From: a virus
Lineage: Duplodnaviria; Caudoviricetes
DNA: 64,000 nucleotides
Virus record (IMG/VR): IMGVR_UViG_3300020465_001196
Strand: one strand, 5' to 3'
Shown: piece after piece, positions 56,803 through 64,000 of the stretch
Layout: each line of letters begins with the position of its first letter
Numbering within the stretch: the stretch's first letter is position 1
Made by a program: the position numbers and the translations under genes
Notes under the pieces: model-generated
The model's database searches: none
What the model was told of the DNA's origin: nothing
The model's input: only the letters and a program-made list of their open reading frames with translations

Positions 56803-56877
56803 TGGCGACCCCTAGGAGAATCGAACTCCTCTTTTCAGGATGAAAACCTGATGTCCTAACCGATAGACGAAGGGGTC
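56803..56877 (-). tRNA. trnE: tRNA-Glu(UUC)
   Basis: GACCCCU acceptor, anticodon arm UCAGG-UUUUCAU-CCUGA, CCA. Confidence 0.95.
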
Positions 56878-56883
56878 AAAACC

Positions 56884-57105
56884 TTATTTGGATTGATATT
56901 TTATATCAATCTTTGCTTGACCGTATGCATAAAATATCATTCCTACTAGAAATATAAATCCAATAGCAACAATATGTGAGTATGCTTCGTTTTCTAATTG
57001 GCCGCCTACAAACTTACCAATTTCAACTCCAGCCCAACCAAAACCAATTACTGCTATTAAAAACAATAATGCTTGGCCAAAATGTTTTACAAAGTGTTTC
57101 AACAT
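56884..57105 (-). CDS. Two-TM membrane protein
   Basis: Hydrophobic segments, GAGG RBS, sigma70 promoter upstream. Confidence 0.65.
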   Translation of the reverse strand: MLKHFVKHFGQALLFLIAVIGFGWAGVEIGKFVGGQLENEAYSHIVAIGFIFLVGMIFYAYGQAKIDIKYQSK

Positions 57106-57168
57106 ATAACCTCTCTTGTTAAATTGTTAATATGTCATTATAATAACACGATACTATATATTGTCAAG

Positions 57169-58386
57169 TTATTTTTTTGAATTAATTATGTCTTCTAGTC
57201 CAGGAGCAATATCAAGGATATTTTGCTTACGTGTTTTGTCTAAATGTTCAGTATATTCAATAAATTTATCTGTATGTTGCGACCAATCTTCGTCCATCAT
57301 ATAATTTATTAAGCCTTGTACTTTTGGCTTGTCTATGTATTTTTGCAAGTCTTCTGCAACACATTCCTTTAAGTGTAATGGTAACACTCTAACATTTAAG
57401 TAATCTGGATGATCAAGTATGTTTAAATATGGAAAATAATTATACTGTTCCAAATACTTAAACAAATCAGATATATCAAGAATATTATATATTTGTACAG
57501 TAGTATGAACTTGTACTCTCATTTTACCTTCTTTTTCCATTTCATAAAATGCTGATAAGTTTTTGTGTACTGATTTCCAATTTGTTGGATATCTAATATA
57601 TCTGTTTAGTTCATCATATCCATCTATAGATGCGTTGATCTTAATCTTTTTAAAGTGTTTCCAATATTCAATCATCTTTGGTGGAATATTAGTTAAGTTG
57701 GTATTGTACTTTAAAATAATATCTTTTGCTTTGTCTAATTCAATACAACGATCAAACAATTTATATTGTTCAAGTGCAAGTGTTGGCTCACCACCTGTTA
57801 AGTATATTTCCTCTACACTATTAATAATTGGCATTAAATTTTCCCAAGTCTTTTCATTAGTGGGCCAATTCATATGTTTTAATCTTGTACGTTCTTCTTC
57901 TGGTATATCTGTTCCATCATATGATGTTGTTGTATTCCATTCTTCTGTCCATTGATTACTTGCCCATGGATTACACATTCTACATTTTAAATTACATAAA
58001 TTACCTAAACGCAAATCAACATAACCTACAGTTAAAGGAGCATTACCTTCTTTGTCTGTGTTAGAAAGTGCACCTTCTATAAAATGTGAATATGCTTCAT
58101 TAAAACTTTGTCTTGCTGATTTAATATCACTTGCTTCTTCTCTCCAACAACGTTGACACATCGTTGGCTTTTCTTCATTTAGTAACTGCAATCTTAAATC
58201 CTTATATGTTTCTGAATTCCACATTTCTTTTACATCAGAATTATAAATTTTATAAGGAGCACCAGTTTTATCTAAAATAAAATTTTTGCCAGGGGTTGAA
58301 TTACAACATACTCTATAATTTCCACTAGAATTGGTTGCTAAATGCATCCATGGTAATATACAAAATGTTTTAGACTCTTTCTTCAT
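57169..58386 (-). CDS. Radical SAM protein with N-terminal twitch-like domain
   Basis: FCILPW...RVCC...CQRC; CNLKCRMC; TGGEP; NTN; SIDG. Confidence 0.9.
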   Translation of the reverse strand: MKKESKTFCILPWMHLATNSSGNYRVCCNSTPGKNFILDKTGAPYKIYNSDVKEMWNSETYKDLRLQLLNEEKPTMCQRCWREEASDIKSARQSFNEAYSHFIEGALSNTDKEGNAPLTVGYVDLRLGNLCNLKCRMCNPWASNQWTEEWNTTTSYDGTDIPEEERTRLKHMNWPTNEKTWENLMPIINSVEEIYLTGGEPTLALEQYKLFDRCIELDKAKDIILKYNTNLTNIPPKMIEYWKHFKKIKINASIDGYDELNRYIRYPTNWKSVHKNLSAFYEMEKEGKMRVQVHTTVQIYNILDISDLFKYLEQYNYFPYLNILDHPDYLNVRVLPLHLKECVAEDLQKYIDKPKVQGLINYMMDEDWSQHTDKFIEYTEHLDKTRKQNILDIAPGLEDIINSKK

Positions 58387-59671
58387 TTACTTCCTCGAAT
58401 AGTTCTGCTAACTGCGGAACAATTTTTTTAATATCTGTTTTTCGTAAACTATCAACATCACGTGTAAACTGAACAAATTCTTTTATACGTTGCTTATTAT
58501 ATGTATCATTGCTTTGTAAATTCTTCATAATATTGCCAAATCCTATATCCCCTTGACTAAAAACTCCTTCATTTGGATTTCTATCTTGTGGCCAATATTC
58601 ACCTTGTGGCAACTCAGCATCTTTCATTATTTCATATGCTTTTAATTTTAATCTATTAGGTAATATTTGAAAATTTAAATGTGGTGGATTAACAACAACA
58701 TTTTTAAAATAAATTTCATTTGTTGGTTTACGTATTTTTAAATACCATTTCCATATATCTGATAAATTAAAAATATTATATATTTGTACTGTTACTGTAT
58801 AAATTATAACCGTGTTTGGTAATCTATTAAATTCAAGTATGTTATTTTCTAATTGTTCTATAGTGAAGTTATCTCCTCCACGTATATATTGATACAACTC
58901 TCCTGTTCCTTCTAAACTAATATGCAACTTAACTAATTTAAAATGTTTAGCAATATTCATTAATCTTTCATTCATATATGTTCCGTTAGTATTAATATCA
59001 AGCATAACATTTTTTGCAATATCCCATTCAATAAATTGTTCCATTAATTGATAATTTTGTTCTTCCATTAATGGCTCACCACCTGTTAATTTTAAAAATT
59101 GCAAATCTTTAAAATATTCTCTTTTTTCTAAAACATTTTTAATTACTTCAAAATCAACTTTTGAATATTTTCCAGTTTTACGTTCAGGCATCCAACTAGG
59201 GGTTATTTTTGCTAACTGAATTTCTTCTTTTACCCAACTACTAGAAACTTGTCCATTGCACATCCTACATTTTAAATTACATTTGTTAGATGAGTTAATT
59301 TCTAAATACCAAATATTTGGTTTATCAAATGGATTATATGTTGCTGTTTTTAAAAGTTCAGATGGTATATTTCTATAAAAGTATTGACGTCTTGAACTTC
59401 CTACTGTTTCTTCTTTTTTAATACAACTAGCACATATTTCTTTATGTGGTAATCCTGCTGTCCATGACTTACGTAAAGATTGTGCTCTAGGAGAATCCCA
59501 TAACTCTGTTAAAGTTTTTTCATATATACTTCCATATGGAGAAAATGATACAGCATCAGCATATACTAAACCATCCCATTCGATAGTTAGACTATGCCAA
59601 GGTGCTACACATTTTTTAGTGATTGTTTTGTGCCAATCCCAATCACGTTTTTTCCATTCTTGATTGTCCAT
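58370..59671 (-). CDS. Radical SAM protein with N-terminal twitch-like domain
   Basis: CVAPW...CASC; CNLKCRMC; TGGEP; NTNGT; SLEG..YQYIRGG. Confidence 0.9.
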   Translation of the reverse strand: MDNQEWKKRDWDWHKTITKKCVAPWHSLTIEWDGLVYADAVSFSPYGSIYEKTLTELWDSPRAQSLRKSWTAGLPHKEICASCIKKEETVGSSRRQYFYRNIPSELLKTATYNPFDKPNIWYLEINSSNKCNLKCRMCNGQVSSSWVKEEIQLAKITPSWMPERKTGKYSKVDFEVIKNVLEKREYFKDLQFLKLTGGEPLMEEQNYQLMEQFIEWDIAKNVMLDINTNGTYMNERLMNIAKHFKLVKLHISLEGTGELYQYIRGGDNFTIEQLENNILEFNRLPNTVIIYTVTVQIYNIFNLSDIWKWYLKIRKPTNEIYFKNVVVNPPHLNFQILPNRLKLKAYEIMKDAELPQGEYWPQDRNPNEGVFSQGDIGFGNIMKNLQSNDTYNKQRIKEFVQFTRDVDSLRKTDIKKIVPQLAELFEEVNEERV

Positions 59672-60714
59672 TAGAAATAATTTTCCTGCTCTCCTTTACG
59701 TCTTACATCTGCTGTTAAACAATGTACTCCGCCATCCCAAAAATATTGGTGTCTAAATTTCCAATATATAGGTGTTACTCCATGCTGTTCTAGTTTTGCA
59801 AATACTTCTTTATCTGTTCCTGTGCAAATAACTTTATCTTCTGATACACTTAACATATTAACATCGAATACAGTTTCATCAACATAGCCAATCCAATGTG
59901 ATAACCATTTTTCAATATAATCTTTATAAAAATGTTCTTTACGTGTTTGTTTAAAATCTTCAGGAAATTTTGTTCCTGATTCTGTTATAATACAATCCCA
60001 AGATTTTAACTTTTCTGGTATCCATGCTTTTTTCCAAGTAACAAGTAAACCTGGTTTAATTAATGCTACTTTACCATCAGCATGACCACCAACTGGTATT
60101 TCATTAAACGTAAATTCAGGTAATTGTCTTTTATACCATTTTAGTCCTTGTTCTGTACCTTTGCCTTTTATAGGATCTTTTTGATTTGATTGTGAATAAA
60201 ATATATCTTTACCACACTTTATTAAATTAGCATTATGAAAAAGTATTTCGCCTTGATTATAATAATCTTCATATGTTTTTTGATTAAGATTTGGCTTAGG
60301 CATTGATATCCATTCCGCCCCTTTATTATGATACTCTTTTAATATATGTGATGTGTTCCAATTTTCAAAATACCTTGTTCTATCTTTTGTGTATGCTTCT
60401 ATAATTTTATTACCATAAAATCCTAATATATCTCTTGGCTGTAAAGGTTGGTTTGCATATTCAATATCAAATTCACCCATATCATACTTTGCAAGTGGAT
60501 CTTGCATTACTTTAGGACGTTGTACTACTACACCTTCTTTTTGTAATATATCAACAAGTACTTCTAAATCTTCTGCTGTTTCTGTAAACACTCTTTTTAA
60601 AAGATCTTTAGCTTCTTGGTTAAAATCACTTTTATCAAAACAATCAGGTGCGTATGTATTACCTACTATAACTTCTTCTAATTGTTGAAACTCTGAATAT
60701 GCTTTTACTATCAT
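59671..60714 (-). CDS. Amidinotransferase (glycine/inosamine-phosphate amidinotransferase family)
   Basis: LEEVIVG, QPRD, HADG, FDVNMLS, WDGGVHCLTAD (catalytic Cys). Confidence 0.9.
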   Translation of the reverse strand: MIVKAYSEFQQLEEVIVGNTYAPDCFDKSDFNQEAKDLLKRVFTETAEDLEVLVDILQKEGVVVQRPKVMQDPLAKYDMGEFDIEYANQPLQPRDILGFYGNKIIEAYTKDRTRYFENWNTSHILKEYHNKGAEWISMPKPNLNQKTYEDYYNQGEILFHNANLIKCGKDIFYSQSNQKDPIKGKGTEQGLKWYKRQLPEFTFNEIPVGGHADGKVALIKPGLLVTWKKAWIPEKLKSWDCIITESGTKFPEDFKQTRKEHFYKDYIEKWLSHWIGYVDETVFDVNMLSVSEDKVICTGTDKEVFAKLEQHGVTPIYWKFRHQYFWDGGVHCLTADVRRKGEQENYF

Positions 60715-61277
60715 TTTTCAAATTCCTCACTATCATATTTGCTGTCTTTGTATCTTCTTTTTACAATAGCATCATAATATTTTTTATCCCAATTATCATA
60801 ATACTTTGTGTTCCTATGAATCCACTCTGACTTTTCATTTAAATCTGCAAGTCCTTGTATTTGTATAATTGCTAAACCTTTATTACCAGATCCTAATCCA
60901 GGAATAAGTTTATCTGTATTTTTTTCAACTCCTACAGAACCTTGTTTTTCTTCTGATTTATAAGATGTATAAATGTATAAATCATTAGCAACTGCTGTTG
61001 GTTGATTTTCATTTTCCCATTCTTCTAATTGTTCTAATGAATAATCGTTAGGGTCACCTATACACAATACCAATTGTTTTTCTTCTGGATAATTTTCAAT
61101 AGTTTCATCTGCAATTTTAAACATATCTTTTTTAACCCATTTAACTTCAACTTCATTACGTTTGAATCCCATTTTTGCAAATGGACATATAGCCATACCG
61201 TCTAATTCTTTACGTGGCTTTGTAACGTGGTCTTTCATTTCTTCCCACTTTTTATGTAGATCAGATTGTTCCGCCAT
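60711..61277 (-). CDS. Hypothetical protein with CPFAK motif
   Basis: L.GMAICPFAK...; C-terminal YYDNWDKKYY. Confidence 0.6.
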   Translation of the reverse strand: MAEQSDLHKKWEEMKDHVTKPRKELDGMAICPFAKMGFKRNEVEVKWVKKDMFKIADETIENYPEEKQLVLCIGDPNDYSLEQLEEWENENQPTAVANDLYIYTSYKSEEKQGSVGVEKNTDKLIPGLGSGNKGLAIIQIQGLADLNEKSEWIHRNTKYYDNWDKKYYDAIVKRRYKDSKYDSEEFEK

Positions 61278-62730
61278 CTTCTAATTCTTTCTCAGTTTTT
61301 TTATCAACCATTTCACCTGTGTTGACTTCAACCATATTATCTTTAGATTCATCTAGTAAGTCTGCCATCTCTGGAAATACTTTAGTAAAGTCAGTTCCTC
61401 TTTGCTTATCAAATTTTACTATGTATTCTCTAAACTGTGGCATACGTTGTGACCAATCTTCACTCATCATAAATTTGATCATGCCTTGTAATCTTTTAAT
61501 TCCGTAACTTGCTTCCATAAATGCTTCTTTGTTTGGTGCCCCTGATAATTTCCAATTGTTTAATAACCATGGATAAAATTCTTCATATTTTTGTTTTGTT
61601 TTATCTTTCATCCATTGTGGCAATGCTTTTACATTTAGATGTCCAGGCCAATATACAAAATGATAATTAATCATTCCTGCTCCAAAAGGCCATATGTTAA
61701 TTTTTTTAAAATTTTGCTCCCATTTCCATTTAATAAAATCTGGTATATAATAAATGTTTAGTGCCTGTACTGCACACGCCACAGTAACTTCAACTTTATC
61801 TTCTGTATTATCTAACAAATGAAATTGCTTAACTGTATTATCCCAGTCTGCTGGAAAACGTATATAACGATTCATTTCTTCAATTGAGTCTACACTATAA
61901 TGAAACCTTACTCTTTTAAAATGACTCCATAATTCAAATAATCTATCTGGCATTTCAACACCATTTGAATTATAACGTAATTCTATTTTGTGTGCATATC
62001 CACGTTTTATAACTTCTTCTAATAATGTATAATGTTCTTCAATAATTGTTGACTCACCACCTGCAAAGTATAACTGATACATATGAGGTATTTGTTCGTA
62101 TAACTGATCCCAAAACGTTGGATTATTTTTATGCCAGTTATATGTAGCACCATGCATTTTTCCTTTATTGTCCCATCCCATTGTTTGCTTTAATTCTTTA
62201 TTTTCAATAGTAGGGTAAACTTCTGTCCAATCTTTAATCCATAGTGATGAATCATGTGGGCTACACATAATACATTTTAAATTACATTTAGATCCCATAC
62301 GTAGATCTAAGTATCTAATTTTTGGAGGAATAGAACCATCTTTTGCTGTTTCACCAATAATTTCATCTATGTCATATCTGTTTAACCAGTATTCAGTTTC
62401 CCACATACGTTTTGAATTATGTCCTGCGTCTTCTTCTTTGTAACATTTTAAACAAGCAGGTGGTTTATCTCCGTTTAACATTTGTAAACGAACATTTTTC
62501 ATATAGTCATTATTCCATGCTTCCATTAAATTTGAATTATTTAAGTTTGCAGGTTTACCACTTTGTGTTTTTAAAACACCTACCTGACCGCCATGTTTTT
62601 TATCATTAGTTGCACCTACTGAACTTGCGTTCGCTGTACAGCATACACGCATATTACCGTCTGGTCTAGTTGATAAATGCATCCATGGTAAAGCACAAAA
62701 AGTTTTTGATGGTAGTTTATTATTGCTCAT
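61261..62730 (-). CDS. Radical SAM protein with N-terminal twitch-like domain
   Basis: FCALPWMHL...RVCC...CLKC; CNLKCIMC; AGGE; NSNG; YIRFP. Confidence 0.9.
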   Translation of the reverse strand: MSNNKLPSKTFCALPWMHLSTRPDGNMRVCCTANASSVGATNDKKHGGQVGVLKTQSGKPANLNNSNLMEAWNNDYMKNVRLQMLNGDKPPACLKCYKEEDAGHNSKRMWETEYWLNRYDIDEIIGETAKDGSIPPKIRYLDLRMGSKCNLKCIMCSPHDSSLWIKDWTEVYPTIENKELKQTMGWDNKGKMHGATYNWHKNNPTFWDQLYEQIPHMYQLYFAGGESTIIEEHYTLLEEVIKRGYAHKIELRYNSNGVEMPDRLFELWSHFKRVRFHYSVDSIEEMNRYIRFPADWDNTVKQFHLLDNTEDKVEVTVACAVQALNIYYIPDFIKWKWEQNFKKINIWPFGAGMINYHFVYWPGHLNVKALPQWMKDKTKQKYEEFYPWLLNNWKLSGAPNKEAFMEASYGIKRLQGMIKFMMSEDWSQRMPQFREYIVKFDKQRGTDFTKVFPEMADLLDESKDNMVEVNTGEMVDKKTEKELEDGGTI

Positions 62731-62739
62731 TTTATATAT

Positions 62740-63849
62740 TTACCTTGCCGTTGTAACGAAGTTATCTTCAAACTGTGCACCAAAAGGATCAAACTCTGTA
62801 CCGCATTTAACTGAACACACTTTTAATTTTCCATCTCCGCCTTCACAAGAATCTTTCTTCCAACTTGATTTTATGTTGTTAAAAAATTCTCCTTCTAGTA
62901 CTTTTTTAAATCCATGTTGTAAAACTGATAACTCATCTAAACCTCCAACCTCTTCTATAAATCTCCAAATTTGATTTTGTCCTGGCTTCTCCCACCATTT
63001 ATACATTTGTCCTGCTACCCAACAACAAGGCATTAGATGTCCTGTAGCACTAACATAAACATTCATATCTTTTAATACTTTACAATTAATTCTTGCTTGG
63101 TTGTAATACTCATCCATAGAACCATATTTTTCTACAAGTGGATCTAATTTTTTAAGAGCTTTATTTACATACTTTTCATCTGGCTTTGTTAGTTTTTGTG
63201 TTTCTTTACCTTTACGGTTTACACCTTGGTGTTCTTCTTTACCTTTTGCTTTTACATTACTAAAAAACCTACCAGTTTTTTTACTCATAAATTTTTCAAA
63301 TCCCATACGTTTCGATAATGCTTCTGCTTCTTCTACTTGATGTTGATTATGACCAAATATTAAATAATCCCATCTTGCTCTACCACCAGCATCAATAAAT
63401 GCTTGTGATGAATCCATACATATATCCCAATTAACATTTTGTCTATATAAATGGTTAGTATCTTTTAATCCGTCAAAACTAAAAATAACATGACCTTTAC
63501 GTCCTATTACTTTTGCAAGTTCACGCCACCATTCAGGTTTTTTAGCACCAGCATTTGTGTTCATGCTTAACCATATATTTGAATTTTGTTTTCGTAAATA
63601 TTCCATTACTTCTAATGAATCTTTAGCCACTACAGGATCTCCTAAATTACCACACATAAACAAACTATCTAATTGTTTTACTAAATCAGGTGTAAAAATT
63701 TTTTTACAATCCTCAAGTGATAGCTCATCTAAGTTTATATTAGGATTAAGTTCTCCACCATTTATATTACGATCACATTGCAAACAAGCGGCTTGGCATT
63801 TTGCAGTGATTTCTAAGTGGACTGTTCTTATGTCGCTGTACCTGTACAT
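62740..63849 (-). CDS. Radical SAM protein, paralog of 49696..50709
   Basis: CQAACLQC, CGNLGDP, NTNAG, FSFDG; CKV...MPCC...CSVKC. Confidence 0.9.
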   Translation of the reverse strand: MYRYSDIRTVHLEITAKCQAACLQCDRNINGGELNPNINLDELSLEDCKKIFTPDLVKQLDSLFMCGNLGDPVVAKDSLEVMEYLRKQNSNIWLSMNTNAGAKKPEWWRELAKVIGRKGHVIFSFDGLKDTNHLYRQNVNWDICMDSSQAFIDAGGRARWDYLIFGHNQHQVEEAEALSKRMGFEKFMSKKTGRFFSNVKAKGKEEHQGVNRKGKETQKLTKPDEKYVNKALKKLDPLVEKYGSMDEYYNQARINCKVLKDMNVYVSATGHLMPCCWVAGQMYKWWEKPGQNQIWRFIEEVGGLDELSVLQHGFKKVLEGEFFNNIKSSWKKDSCEGGDGKLKVCSVKCGTEFDPFGAQFEDNFVTTAR

Positions 63850-63860
63850 ATATGTATTTA

Positions 63861-64000
63861 CTACTCAAATTGTAGTTTGAAAAGTAGCATATCTTCTTTG
63901 CTTTTAAAATCAATTACAATTTTGTCATTGCCCATATAATCATAACTTTCAAAGAATTCTATAACGGCTTTTTCACTACAATTTTCTTTTATCCATTCTT
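63861..64000 (-). CDS. Hypothetical phage protein, 3' end only
   Basis: ...EWIKENC...DMLLFKLQFE* manually translated. Confidence 0.55.
   Translation of the reverse strand, partial: EWIKENCSEKAVIEFFESYDYMGNDKIVIDFKSKEDMLLFKLQFE

Noticed and set aside
2098-63880. Numerous plus-strand ORFs of 60-160 aa in the track
   Set aside because: All but 49696..50709 are antisense shadows of well-supported minus-strand genes
1-64000. Stop-codon reassignment, CRISPR arrays, IS elements, inteins, rRNA
   Set aside because: Recognisable enzymes are full length under the standard code and end in TAA, TGA or TAG; no repeat-spacer arrays, transposase, intein or rRNA motifs were seen
1-64000. Cellular (bacterial) origin, suggested by prs, sufS, pepA, hfq and rpmG
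   Set aside because: These genes are scattered singly among phage-type hypotheticals, a gp44-like clamp loader, ATP ligase, T4-like late boxes and virion-type genes, with no bacterial operon context

Overview
AT-rich, gene-dense segment of a large tailed-phage genome (T4-related jumbo myovirus-like), almost entirely on the minus strand. Support for this: a clamp-loader ATPase, GroES, an ATP-dependent ligase, TAAATA late-promoter-like motifs alongside sigma70 TTGACA/TATAAT promoters, and many tiny hypothetical ORFs. A Gram-negative host, possibly a marine alphaproteobacterium, is inferred from the porin, Hfq and L33 styles. The window carries many host-like metabolic genes: queE, folE, peroxiredoxin, iscA, sufS, ferredoxin, pepA, rpiB, prs, guaC, sod, uvsE, porin, hfq and rpmG. 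It also has six tRNAs with encoded CCA, six radical SAM proteins in addition to QueE, and an amidinotransferase. Top finding: a ~156-nt RNase P RNA (20061-20216, minus) that keeps the catalytic domain but has the specificity domain replaced by 3 nt, and that forms the 5' leader of tRNA-Ala. Other highlights: a complete tRNA-Trp embedded in frame in a protein gene; a structured ncRNA candidate right behind phage hfq; and about 11 adjacent genes sharing a capsid-targeting-like N-terminal leader and carrying enzyme cargo. All calls come from motif recognition by eye; no database searches were run.
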